From an uncultured Actinomycetes bacterium (GTDB taxonomy: Bacteria > Actinomycetota > Thermoleophilia > UBA2241), in the NCBI GenBank assembly GCA_963755025.1, contig CAVWIH010000034.1, positions 64,001 through 128,000 on the forward strand: a DNA stretch of 64,000 bases, read 5' to 3'. The number at the start of each line of letters is the position of its first letter. Within the stretch, counting starts at the first letter, position 1. Below the pieces are notes generated by a model. The model was not told the DNA's origin. It saw only the letters and a program-made list of their open reading frames with translations, and searched no databases. Below are positions 34,509 through 43,878 of this stretch, in pieces. The position numbers and the translations under genes were made by a program.

Positions 34509-36846
34509 ATGAAGCGAACGGCACGAAGGATCGGAAGAGCTGAGAGGCGCGAGGGGCGGTCGTTCACCGAACGCCTGGCGCGCGCCAGCGCCACCCACCC
34601 GTGGCGCACCATCACGGCCTGGCTTGCGCTGGTCGTGGTGGCGGTCGCCTCGATGGGCGCCCTGCTCTCAAGCGGCATCACCTCGAACACGGAGTTTCGC
34701 GGCACCAAGCCCGAGAGCGTGATCGGCCAGAAGCTGATCGAGGACCGCCTCACCGGCCCCGAGCGCATGACCGACTTCGTGATCGTCAGGTCGGCCACGC
34801 TCAAGGCCGGCGACCCCGCCTTCCGCAGCTATGTCGAGGGCATCGCCTCGCGCATCTCCGACCTGGGCCCCGCCGTCGTGCAGAACGTCACGACGCTCTA
34901 CACCACGCACGATGCGACGCTGCGCTCCCGCGATGGGCACGCGACGCTCATTCCCGTGGTCATGGCCGGTGACCAGGATACCGCCATGAAGAACGTCGCC
35001 AAGCTGCACGCCGTCGTGCTGGCGAGCGCCGGCCCCGGATTCACGCTCGCCCAGACCGGCGACGCCAGCCTCGAACCAGATGATCACCCAGGTGGCCAAG
35101 AGCGACCTCGAGCGGGCCGAGATCTTCGGCGTGCCCGCCGCGCTCGTCGTGCTGGTCATCGTGTTCGGCGCGCTGGTGGCGGCCGGCCTGCCGCTGCTGC
35201 TCAGCATCGTCAGCATCGTGCTGGCGCTCACCATCACCGGGCTCATCGGCCAGATCTACCCCATGAACACCTTCGTGCTCAACATCCTCACGATGATGGG
35301 CCTGGCGGTGGGCATCGACTACACGCTGTTCGTGATCAGCCGCTACCGCGAGGAGCGCGCCCGCGGCCTGGCCAAGGTCGACGCCATCGCGGCCACCGGC
35401 GCCACCGCCAACCGCGCCATCTTCTTCAGCGGCATGACCGTCTTTCTGGCCATGCTCGGCATGGTCATCGTGCCGCTCGACGTCACCATCAGCATGGGGC
35501 TGGGCGTCATGCTGGTCGTCTTCACCACGCTGCTCACCACGCTGATGCTGCTGCCGGCGCTGCTCGGCCTGCTGGGCGACCGCGTGAACGCCCTGCGCGT
35601 GCCGGTCTTCGGGCGCCTGGCCATGAACCGCGCACGGGGCCGGTCGGGCCTGTTCGAGCGGCTGGCGCACAGCATCATGCGCCGTCCGGTCGTCTGGCTG
35701 ACCGTCGCCGTCGTCGCGCTGCTCGCCCTGGCCGCGCCGGTGCTCGCCATGAAGACCGGCAACACCAACATGACGGCGCGCTACCTGCCCGCCGACCAGT
35801 ACTCCAAGCAGGGCTGGGACCTGCTCGGCCGCGAGTTCTCGCTGGGCAAGGCCAACCCGCTGCAGATCGTGATCGACGGGCCGGCCGCGGCGCCCGGGGT
35901 GAAGCACGGCGTGGCGCGCCTCGAAGCGGCCCTGCGCAGCGACGGCCGCTTCGGCCCCGCGCAGACGGTCGTCGACAAGGCGGGCGACCTGACGCTCGTG
36001 ACCACCAGCCTCACCGGCGACCCGGCAGGCGACGCCACGCAGGCGCTCGTGAAGCACGTGCGCACGGCCCTCGTGCCGGCCGCCTTCGCCGGCGCGCCGG
36101 CGAAGGTCTACGTCTCGGGTAACACCGCCTTCGTCGTCGACTACCTGGCCTTCTTCCACCGCTGGCTGCCGATCGCCCTGACCGTGGTGCTCTCGCTGTC
36201 GTTCGTGCTGCTGCTCGTGGCCTTCCGCTCCATCGTCATCCCGGCCAAGGCGATCGCCATGAACCTGCTCTCGGTGGGCGCTTCGTACGGCCTCATGGTG
36301 CTCGTCTTTCAGAAGGGCGTCGGCGCGCACCTGCTCGGACTGACCCGCGTCGACACGATCGAGGCGTGGGTGCCGCTGTTCCTCTTCAGCCTGCTGTTCG
36401 GCCTCTCGATGGACTACCAGGTCTTTCTGCTCAGCCGTATCAAGGAGCGTTTCGACCACACAGGCGACACCCGCGAGGCGGTGGCCTACGGCGTCGGGCG
36501 CACGGCCAGCATCATCACCGGCGCCGCCGCCATCATGGTCTGCGTCTTTGCCGGCATGGCCGGCGGCCAGCTCGTCATGTTCCAGCAGATGGGCTTCGGC
36601 CTCGCGGTCGCGGTGCTGATCGACGCCACGGTGGTGCGCACCATCATCGTGCCGGCCGCCATGGAGCTGCTCGGCGACTGGAACTGGTACCTGCCGCGCT
36701 GGCTCGAGTGGCTGCCCAACGTGAGCGTCGAGGGTCGGGCCGGAGAGCCGGCGCCACGCGCCGAAGGCTCCGCCGGCGAGCCGGCGCCACACGCCGAGGA
36801 GCGCCTGCTGCCCGGCCGCGGCACGGCGGCGGCCGCCGGCCGGTAA
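34509..36846 (+). CDS. MMPL (RND) family transporter (apparent frameshift near 35075)
   Basis: GLAVGIDY.LF.ISRYREE, FGLSMDYQVFLLSRIKE, DATVVR, WNWYLPRWL. The N-terminus is in a different frame. Confidence 0.88.
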
Positions 36847-37018
36847 CGCCCTCACGCAGACCTTCTCGGGGACCCCACTCCTCGAGTCCGGGGGCGGCGG
36901 CGCGCAGCGCCGCCGCCCCCTTCGCCCAGTCGTGCCGGCCCTCTGCGTTTGCGTCGCCCGCCTCACGCGCCCGCTCACAACCTTGCGGCGCGCGGGCGCA
37001 GCGGGTAGAACGGGGCGC

Positions 37019-37705
37019 ATGAGATTGCTCGTGGTCGAAGACGCCGAGAAGCTCGCCCGCACCCTCAAGCGCGGCCTCGAACAGGAAGGCTACGCCGTCG
37101 ACACGCTGGGCGACGGCCGCCTCGCGCAGGCGCGCCTGCGCAGCCGCGCCGACGAGTACGACCTCGTGCTGCTCGACGTCATGCTGCCCGGCGTCGACGG
37201 CTTCGCCATCTGCCGCGACCTGCGCGACCGCGGCCTGAGCGTGCCGGTCCTCATGCTCACCGCACGCGACACGACTGACGACAAGGTGACCGGCCTCGAC
37301 AGCGGCGCCGACGACTACCTGGTCAAGCCGTTCGCCTTCGAGGAGCTGCTCGCCCGGGTGCGCACCCTGCTGCGGCGGCCGCGCGCCGCGCTGCCCGCGG
37401 CACTCGTGGCCGGCGACCTCGTGCTCGACCCGGTGTCGCGGACGGCACGCCGCGGCGCGACCGAGCTCGAGCTCACCACCAAGGAGTTCGCCCTGCTCGA
37501 GCTCCTCATGCGCCACCCCGGCGAGGTGCTCAGCCGCGAGCGTATCCTCGATCACGTCTGGGACGACGAGTACGACGCCTCGAGCAACGTGATCGACGTG
37601 CACCTGAAGAACCTGCGACGCAAGGTCGACGGCGCCGACGGACCGAGCCTCTTTCGCACAGTGCGCGGCGTCGGCTACTCGCTGCGGGCGCAGGACCCGG
37701 CGTGA
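37019..37705 (+). CDS. OmpR-family response regulator
   Basis: LLVVED, LLDVMLPG.DG, GADDYLVKPF, and winged-helix RTVRGVGY. Confidence 0.93.
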   Translation: MRLLVVEDAEKLARTLKRGLEQEGYAVDTLGDGRLAQARLRSRADEYDLVLLDVMLPGVDGFAICRDLRDRGLSVPVLMLTARDTTDDKVTGLDSGADDYLVKPFAFEELLARVRTLLRRPRAALPAALVAGDLVLDPVSRTARRGATELELTTKEFALLELLMRHPGEVLSRERILDHVWDDEYDASSNVIDVHLKNLRRKVDGADGPSLFRTVRGVGYSLRAQDPA

Positions 37706-38721
37706 CCCCGGCCGCCGCCCCCGACGTCTTCGGTCGGGCGACGACGCGCCTCGTGGCGCTCTTCACGGCCATCGTCGTGCTGCTCGTCGTCGCCTCGGGC
37801 GTGTTCATGTACCTGACCGTCAAGTCGAACATCTCCGACGTGGCTCAGGGCCGCGGCGGCGAGGGCGAGAACGCGCTCGAGACAGAGCGGGCCTCGCGCT
37901 CGGTCAGCCGGCTGGGGTGGCAGCTCGTCGCGCTCGACGGTGCGATCATCGTGGCGGTCGGCGCCCTGGGCTACTGGTACGCGCGTCGCACCCTGCACCC
38001 CATCCGCGAGCTGTACGGCGCCCAGAAGCGTTTCGTCGCCGACGCCTCGCACGAGCTGCGCACGCCGCTCGCCATCATGAAGGCCGACTTCGAGGTGGCG
38101 TTGCGCAGCGAGCGCGACGACGCCCCCGGCGGGCAGCGCTCCGACGAGCTGGGCGAGGCGGTGACGAGCGGCCTCGAAGAGGTCGATCGCATGAGCGCCA
38201 TCGTCGACGACCTGCTCACGCTGTCGCGCATCGACGCCCACCAGGAGGAGTTGCGTTTCGCGGCTGTCGACCTCACGGCGCTCGTGCGCGACACGACCGA
38301 GGCCCTGCGCACGATCGGCGACGGGGCGTGCGTGGCGCTGGCGGTGACGGCGCCGCAAGGCGCCGTCACCGCCAGCGCCGACGCCGCCCACCTCGAGCGC
38401 GCGCTGCGCAACGTGGTGCGCAACGCCATCGAGCACTCGCCGCCGGGAGCCAGCGTGGGCGTCGCCCTGACCGCCACCCCCGACGAAGCCGCGGTGCGCG
38501 TGACCGACCAGGGAGCGGGCATCGCGGCGGCCGACATGGAGCACGTCTTCGACCGCTTCTACCGGGGCGACTCACCGCGCTCGCGCGAGGGCGGCAGCGG
38601 CCTTGGCCTGGCCATCGCCCGCTGGATCGTCGAGCGCCACGGCGGCCGTATCACGGCGAGCAGCACGCCGGGACAAGGCACCACGATGGCCCTGCACCTG
38701 CCCTTGGCCGGTCCGCGCTGA
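37702..38721 (+). CDS. Sensor histidine kinase (2 TM, short loop)
   Basis: DASHELRTPL H-box, N-box, DQGAGI, FDRFYR, GSGLGLAI. Confidence 0.93.
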   Translation: MTPAAAPDVFGRATTRLVALFTAIVVLLVVASGVFMYLTVKSNISDVAQGRGGEGENALETERASRSVSRLGWQLVALDGAIIVAVGALGYWYARRTLHPIRELYGAQKRFVADASHELRTPLAIMKADFEVALRSERDDAPGGQRSDELGEAVTSGLEEVDRMSAIVDDLLTLSRIDAHQEELRFAAVDLTALVRDTTEALRTIGDGACVALAVTAPQGAVTASADAAHLERALRNVVRNAIEHSPPGASVGVALTATPDEAAVRVTDQGAGIAAADMEHVFDRFYRGDSPRSREGGSGLGLAIARWIVERHGGRITASSTPGQGTTMALHLPLAGPR

Positions 38722-38776
38722 CGGGGCGACGGCCGGTCCGCGCCGGCGCGGCGAACCCCGCGCCGCCTCGGCGCCG

Positions 38777-38865
38777 GGCGACCGCGACCGCCCACCCGCG
38801 AACGCCGCGCGCCACTCAGGCGACCGCGACCGCCCACCCGCGAACGCCGCGCGCCCTCAGGCGAC
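38777..38865. repeat. ~42-bp tandem direct repeat between convergent genes
   Basis: GGCGACCGCGACCGCCCACCCGCGAACGCCGCGCGCC occurs at 38777 and 38819. Confidence 0.75.
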
Positions 38866-39966
38866 GTCGATGGTGAGCTGGCTCGCTCCGCCGCTCATGC
38901 GCACGTCGAAGCTGTTCTGAGCCGTGCCGTAGTCGGGCGACTCTATGCGGGCGCCGCGGCCCATCGAGGCCTGCTCCTTGCCGTCGAAGACGAGCTGGCT
39001 GGCGCCGCCCGTGACCTGGGCGGCCAGGGCGCAGCCGGCCGGCCTGTGCAGCCGCACGTTGCTGGCGCCGCCCGAGACGCGCACCGGCACGGCGCCCACG
39101 GCGAGCGGCAGCCAGATCTCGACGTCGCTGGCCCCGCCGCCCACCTCGAGCGAGCGCAGCGTGAGACCGCGCAGATCGCAGACGAGCTTCCACATGCCGC
39201 CCTTCATGGAGATCTCCCAGGGCACGGCGGGGTTCAGCGCGATGGTCGACTTGGCCACCCGCCAGTCGAAGGGCAGCAGGTGCCGCCGGTGACCTATCGT
39301 CACCGTGCCGCCGTCGACGCTGATCTCGGGCACGCTGCCCTTGAACTCGCCGCGGTAGAGGGTGGTCAGCGAGGCGTCGACGCCGATCTTCGCCTTGGCG
39401 GCGCCCTTGATGAACTCGAGCCTGCCGAGCGACACGCCGTTGAGCGGGGCCGTGAACTGTCCGTCCGCCGGCGGGGCGGTGGCCGCCGTGTCGGGGGCGG
39501 GCGGCGGGGGAGAGGCGATGCCGCGCAGCAGCTCCTCGTAGAACTCGCGGATGCCGTGCAGGTAGTCGCGGATGACGGCCACGGCGCCGGGCTCGATCTG
39601 CTCGAGCTGCGCGCGGCCGGCGAGCTCGACCTCGCCGTACACGCGCGCCCCCAGCTCGCGGGTGGCGACGGTCGAGGTGACCATCACGCGGCGCCGGTCG
39701 CTGGGGTCGGCGACGCGGTTGGCGTAGCCGTTGCGCTCCATGCGGTCGAGCACGGTGGTGATGGCGCCCGGGGTGAGGCCGCTCTCTTCGGCAAGCTCGC
39801 CGGCGGTCACGCGGCCGCGGCGGTAGAGGATGCCGATGCAGCGCAGGTCGGTGCGGTTCAGGCCGGATTGCGCGGCGACCGCCTCGTCCAAGCGGTCGGC
39901 GGTGCGGCGCAGCTCGCCGAGCTCCGTGCCTACTTCGTCGATCAATCTGTCGTGGTCGTCTGCCAT
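38857..39966 (-). CDS. MarR-family regulator fused to a C-terminal beta-repeat (DUF4097/LiaF-like) domain
   Basis: LNRTDLRC...TAGELA...LTPGAITTVLDR.E...DRR; C-terminal repeats of GGAS. Confidence 0.8.
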   Translation of the reverse strand: MADDHDRLIDEVGTELGELRRTADRLDEAVAAQSGLNRTDLRCIGILYRRGRVTAGELAEESGLTPGAITTVLDRMERNGYANRVADPSDRRRVMVTSTVATRELGARVYGEVELAGRAQLEQIEPGAVAVIRDYLHGIREFYEELLRGIASPPPPAPDTAATAPPADGQFTAPLNGVSLGRLEFIKGAAKAKIGVDASLTTLYRGEFKGSVPEISVDGGTVTIGHRRHLLPFDWRVAKSTIALNPAVPWEISMKGGMWKLVCDLRGLTLRSLEVGGGASDVEIWLPLAVGAVPVRVSGGASNVRLHRPAGCALAAQVTGGASQLVFDGKEQASMGRGARIESPDYGTAQNSFDVRMSGGASQLTIDVA

Positions 39967-40087
39967 GTCTCGCCTCGCTGCCGGAAAGAACTGCCGCACG
40001 CGCGGCCTTCGTGAGCTTTCCTGATCTCGTCGTGCCGGTGAGCTAGTTCGCCCGCCGACGGTTGTTTCCTTGCCAGATAATATACCA

Positions 40088-40102
40088 CAAACAAATTGTT
40101 TG
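40088..40102. promoter_or_regulatory. 7-1-7 inverted repeat, probable MarR operator
   Basis: CAAACAA-A-TTGTTTG in the AT-rich divergent promoter region. Confidence 0.6.
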
Positions 40103-40208
40103 ACACTCGAAATATCGTGGCAGTAAACTGCTGCTGTTCTGAAATGCCTCCACGGCGCGACACGCAAGCTCGCGACCCGACGAGGGCTCCGACAAGGCGG
40201 TAGTTTCC

Positions 40209-41189
40209 ATGACTGAGATGGCGATCGAGGCAACGGGCCTCGTGAAGACGTACCCCAAGGGGGTGAAGGCGCTCGCCGGAGTGAGCTTCGGCGTCGCCCC
40301 CGGCAGCGTGTTCGGCCTGGTCGGGCCCAACGGCGCCGGCAAGTCGACCACGGTGAAGATCCTGACGACCCTCTCGCGGCCCGACAGCGGCGCCGCCGAG
40401 GTGGCCGGCATCGACGTGCTGCGCCGCCCCGACGACGTGCGCCGCGCGATCGGCTGCGTCGCCCAGAAGTCGGGCGTCGACGTGCAGGCGACGGGGCGCG
40501 AGAACCTGCTGCTCCAGGGCCGCCTGTACGGCATGAGCGGGCGCGCGCTCGACCAGCGGGTCGAGGCCATGCTCGGCCGCTTCGGCCTGGCCGACGCGGC
40601 GCGCCGGGTCACGCGCACCTACTCGGGCGGCATGCAGCGCAAGCTCGACGTCGCCATGGGCCTGATCCATAGTCCCCGGGTCCTGTTCCTGGACGAGCCC
40701 ACGACCGGCCTCGACCCCGAGGCGCGGGCCGACATGTGGAGCGAGATCGAGCGGCTGGCCGACGAGGAAGGCCTCACCATCCTGCTCACCACGCACTACC
40801 TCGAAGAGGCCGACAGGCTGGCGCACAGCCTGGCGATCGTCGACCGGGGCAGGATCGTGGCGCACGGCGCCCCGGAGGACCTGAAGAGCGAGCTGCACGG
40901 CGACGCCGTGCACATCGAGCTCGACGCGGTCGAGACCAACGGTCACGTGGCCGCGGCGCTCGCCGACCTGGGCGACGTGCGCGACGTCGTCGTCGAGCAG
41001 GGCCGCCTGTTGCACGCGCGAGCCGACAACGGCGCCCGCGCCGTGCCCGTCATGCTGCAGGCCCTCGAGGCGCGCGGCGTGTCGGTCGTCGCCGTCACGG
41101 TCGCGCGCCCCTCGCTCGACGACGTCTATCTGAAGTACACAGGCCGCCGGTTCGAAGAGGCCGACGCGACCCCCGAGGTGACCCGATGA
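40209..41189 (+). CDS. DrrA-like ABC exporter ATP-binding protein
   Basis: GPNGAGKST, YSGGM, FLDEPTTGLDP, TTHYLEEAD. Confidence 0.92.
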   Translation: MTEMAIEATGLVKTYPKGVKALAGVSFGVAPGSVFGLVGPNGAGKSTTVKILTTLSRPDSGAAEVAGIDVLRRPDDVRRAIGCVAQKSGVDVQATGRENLLLQGRLYGMSGRALDQRVEAMLGRFGLADAARRVTRTYSGGMQRKLDVAMGLIHSPRVLFLDEPTTGLDPEARADMWSEIERLADEEGLTILLTTHYLEEADRLAHSLAIVDRGRIVAHGAPEDLKSELHGDAVHIELDAVETNGHVAAALADLGDVRDVVVEQGRLLHARADNGARAVPVMLQALEARGVSVVAVTVARPSLDDVYLKYTGRRFEEADATPEVTR

Positions 41190-41959
41190 CAGCCCTGCGA
41201 CACACGTACCATCTCACCGTCCGCCAGGTGCGCAACTTTCTGCGCCAGCCCTGGTTCGTGGCGCTCTCGCTGTTCCAGCCCATCATCTACCTGCTGCTCT
41301 TCGGCGCCCTGTTCAAGAAGGTCGTCGAGATCCCCGGGTTCAGCACCGACTCCTACGTCTCGTTCCTCACTCCCGGCATCGTCGTCATGAGCGCCATGTT
41401 CGCCGGTGGCTGGAGCGGCATGGGCCTGATCGACGACCTCGACCGCGGCGTCATGGACCGCTTTCTGGTGGCCCCCACGAGCCGCGGCGCGATCATGCTC
41501 GGCCGCGTCACGCCGCAGGTGCTCACGATCCTCATTCAGACGCTCATCATCGTGGGCCTGGCGCTGGCCGTGGGCGGGCGGTTCGGCGGCGGCGTGGCCG
41601 GCGCGGTCATGCTGATCGTCGTCTCGACCCTGCTGTCGATCGGCGTCGCGTCGTTGTCGAACGGCATCGCGCTGCTGCTGCGCAAGGAAGAGTCGGTGAT
41701 CGCCGCCGTCAACATGGTCCTGTTGCCGCTGATCTTCCTGTCGTCGGCCTTCCTGCAGCAGAACCTGGCGCCGCAGTGGATCCAGGACATCGCCCGCTAC
41801 AACCCGGCCGACTGGGCGATCGAGGCGGGCCGCACCGCCCTCTCGAGTAACGCCACGGCGCACACGGTGCTCACGCACACGCTCTACCTGGCCGTCTTTG
41901 CCGTGGTCTGCACGTTCCTCGCCACGCGCGCGTTCCGCTCCTACCAGAGCTCCGTCTGA
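41186..41959 (+). CDS. ABC-2 type (DrrB-like) permease
   Basis: Six TMs, QPIIYLLLFG, FLSSAF, NP motif; ATGA overlap. Confidence 0.9.
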   Translation: MTALRHTYHLTVRQVRNFLRQPWFVALSLFQPIIYLLLFGALFKKVVEIPGFSTDSYVSFLTPGIVVMSAMFAGGWSGMGLIDDLDRGVMDRFLVAPTSRGAIMLGRVTPQVLTILIQTLIIVGLALAVGGRFGGGVAGAVMLIVVSTLLSIGVASLSNGIALLLRKEESVIAAVNMVLLPLIFLSSAFLQQNLAPQWIQDIARYNPADWAIEAGRTALSSNATAHTVLTHTLYLAVFAVVCTFLATRAFRSYQSSV

Positions 41960-42054
41960 GCCGCGGGCCGGGCCGGCCGCGGCGCCCGGCGCCGCGGCCG
42001 GCCCGCCAACGGCGCCCAACGCTTGCCGCGTGGGGCCCGAGGGTATGATGCCGG

Positions 42055-42190
42055 CGAGCGAGAGCTCGGTCGTGTGCGGGATGAAGGTCTTCGGGTCGTA
42101 AACCGCTGTGGGGAGGTGACTCCTCCAAAGAAAGCTCCATGCTCGCGCGCAAGTGCGGGGGAGCTACCGCGCCGGCTTTCGCTCGTTTCG
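42055..42190 (+). ncRNA. Putative standalone structured RNA mimicking the 16S rRNA h16/h17/h18/h3 junction
   Basis: TATGAT -10 at 42044; h16-like GTGCGGGATGAAGGTCTTCGGGTCGTAAACCGCT; two GNRA-capped stems; 11-bp closing stem; downstream terminator. Confidence 0.7.
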
Positions 42191-42214
42191 CGCGGCCCTT
42201 CGGGGCCGCGTTTT
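42191..42214 (+). terminator. Intrinsic terminator
   Basis: CGCGGCCC-TTCG-GGGCCGCG followed by TTTTCGTT. Confidence 0.85.
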
Positions 42215-42238
42215 CGTTGGGGATTGCGGAACAGGCCG

Positions 42239-42325
42239 TTGCCCTCACAGCCCTGAACGGGTCGCTGAGCTCACAGTTTTGGGCAGTCCGCCGAGCTCAC
42301 GGCTTTGGGCAGGCCGCTGAAGCTC
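42239..42325. repeat. Three degenerate 26-bp tandem repeats
   Basis: TTGCCCTCACAGCCCTGAACGGGTCG / CTGAGCTCACAGTTTTGGGCAGTCCG / CCGAGCTCACGGCTTTGGGCAGGCCG. Confidence 0.55.
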
Positions 42326-42329
42326 CGGG

Positions 42330-43406
42330 CTAGAGCAAGCCGGTGAAGTTCCCGGTCCCCCAGGGTGAGGCCGCCACGGCGTCGGCCACGGCTATGGCGC
42401 TGGTGCCCGAGCGCAACGCGGCGAGGATGCCGCCGTAGTAGCCGTTGCGCAGCGTGGCGATGGTCGCGGTGAAGCCCTGCGCCCAGCTCACGTAGGCCTT
42501 GACGCCCACGGAGTTCATGGAGGTGGCGCCGGGCTCGGGCATGGTCGTGTCGAGGGGATTGTAGTGGGCCGTGTTGTGCCAGTTGCCGCCCTCAGCCATC
42601 TCCCAGGCGGTGATCGCGGCCGCGTTTTGCTGGGTGAGCGGCATGTTGAGCTGTTCGAGCAGCGCCCTGGCCCACGTGATGGGCGTGTAGCGGCCCGAGA
42701 GCGGCACCGACGAGACCATGCCCCCGCTGTGCGGGTTCTGCGCGGCCAGGATGCGCTGGATCTGGCGCGTGAACGCTTCGAGGATGGCGCGCCGCTGGGC
42801 GATCTTGTCGGACATCGCGAGGCGTTGCGCGTCGACCTGGTCCTGGGCGGCCTGCGACTCGCTGCGCTGGCCGGCGAGTGAATCGGCGAGGCGCGTGACC
42901 TGGGCGTTCAGGCGGGCGAGGTTCGCGGTGTCGCGCTGGCCCTGCTGGGTCAGGCGCTTGAAGAAGGTGACCTCGGTCTGCGCCTGGGTGATCGTGGCCG
43001 AGCCGGCCAGCACGTCGACGAACGAGAACGTGCCCATCTTGTACATGGCGGCGAGGCGCCCGCCCACCAGGGCGCTCTGCTGACTGAGGGCGTTCTGGGA
43101 CTGGGCGAGCTGCAGACGAGTCTGCGAGAGCTTCATGTTCACGGCGGTGAGGTTGGCGACGGCGGCGTTGTACTGTGCGCCGATCGTCTGCATCTGCGTT
43201 TCGAGGAGGGCCATCTGGCGGCGCTGACCGCGGGCCGCGGCTTCGAGGCCGTTGAGCGTGGTCGGGGTCTGCACGGCGATGATGGCGGTGGGCGAGGCGG
43301 CAGCCGGCCCCGGCACGAGGGCGGCGCAGCAGAGGGCGACGGCGGCGGCCGCCACGGCGGCCGCCGCCGTCGCCCGCACGAGTCGTTTGTACCGGCGCCG
43401 ATCCAT
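42330..43406 (-). CDS. Secreted PcsB/CwlO-like coiled-coil protein with probable lysozyme-like C-terminal domain
   Basis: Signal peptide, long coiled coil with the RLAAMYKMG..SFVDVL.GS motif, and C-terminal W..AEGG...NPL.TT...VKAY.SW..G. Confidence 0.7.
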   Translation of the reverse strand: MDRRRYKRLVRATAAAAVAAAAVALCCAALVPGPAAASPTAIIAVQTPTTLNGLEAAARGQRRQMALLETQMQTIGAQYNAAVANLTAVNMKLSQTRLQLAQSQNALSQQSALVGGRLAAMYKMGTFSFVDVLAGSATITQAQTEVTFFKRLTQQGQRDTANLARLNAQVTRLADSLAGQRSESQAAQDQVDAQRLAMSDKIAQRRAILEAFTRQIQRILAAQNPHSGGMVSSVPLSGRYTPITWARALLEQLNMPLTQQNAAAITAWEMAEGGNWHNTAHYNPLDTTMPEPGATSMNSVGVKAYVSWAQGFTATIATLRNGYYGGILAALRSGTSAIAVADAVAASPWGTGNFTGLL

Positions 43407-43490
43407 GCTAGGAATATCGGTCTGTCGGCGGCGGTCTTTACACCCGAACGCCGGACCGCGTGGATAGCCCGGCGTTCTCTCGTGTGACTG

Positions 43491-43694
43491 CTAACCCAGG
43501 CGCCGGTGCGACCTCAGGTCGCAGGCCTCCCAGGCCTTGTCGTTTTCCTCGACGTCGGCGTCGGTCATGAGACACCGCTCGCTCGTACCGGCGACCCTCT
43601 CGAAGTGCACCTTCCCGTGACAGGTGGGACACTCGTCGGCCGTCTCGGGGGGAGTGTCGAGGCATACCCCGCAATAAGGGCAACAGACTTGCAT
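43491..43694 (-). CDS. Small zinc-ribbon protein
   Basis: CPYCG and CPTCH pairs; AAGGGG SD. Confidence 0.6.
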   Translation of the reverse strand: MQVCCPYCGVCLDTPPETADECPTCHGKVHFERVAGTSERCLMTDADVEENDKAWEACDLRSHRRLG

Positions 43695-43878
43695 GGCAAC
43701 CCCCTTCGTGACTCCAATCACAGCACGATGGTACTCTCTTTTTGTCGCTGTGGGCAGGTGTTTAGTGCTGCGGAGCGCGGTGGACCCGCCGTGGCGCCCG
43801 GCCCCGAGCGTCGCGGCGCGCGCGCCCGGTCGCGCGAAACGCGCAGGCCAACACACCCGACCGGCGACGTCGCCGCGC

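Noticed and set aside
42074-42107. 16S rRNA gene or rRNA pseudogene
   Set aside because: Only h16 matches in sequence. The flanks lack the universal GTGCCAGCAGCCGCGGTAA and CCTACGGGAGGCAGCAG segments and instead form their own short stems, with a candidate promoter and a terminator. Reported as an rRNA-mimic candidate instead.
42239-42325. Mini CRISPR array
   Set aside because: The units are contiguous and degenerate with no unique spacers, and there are no cas genes in the window.
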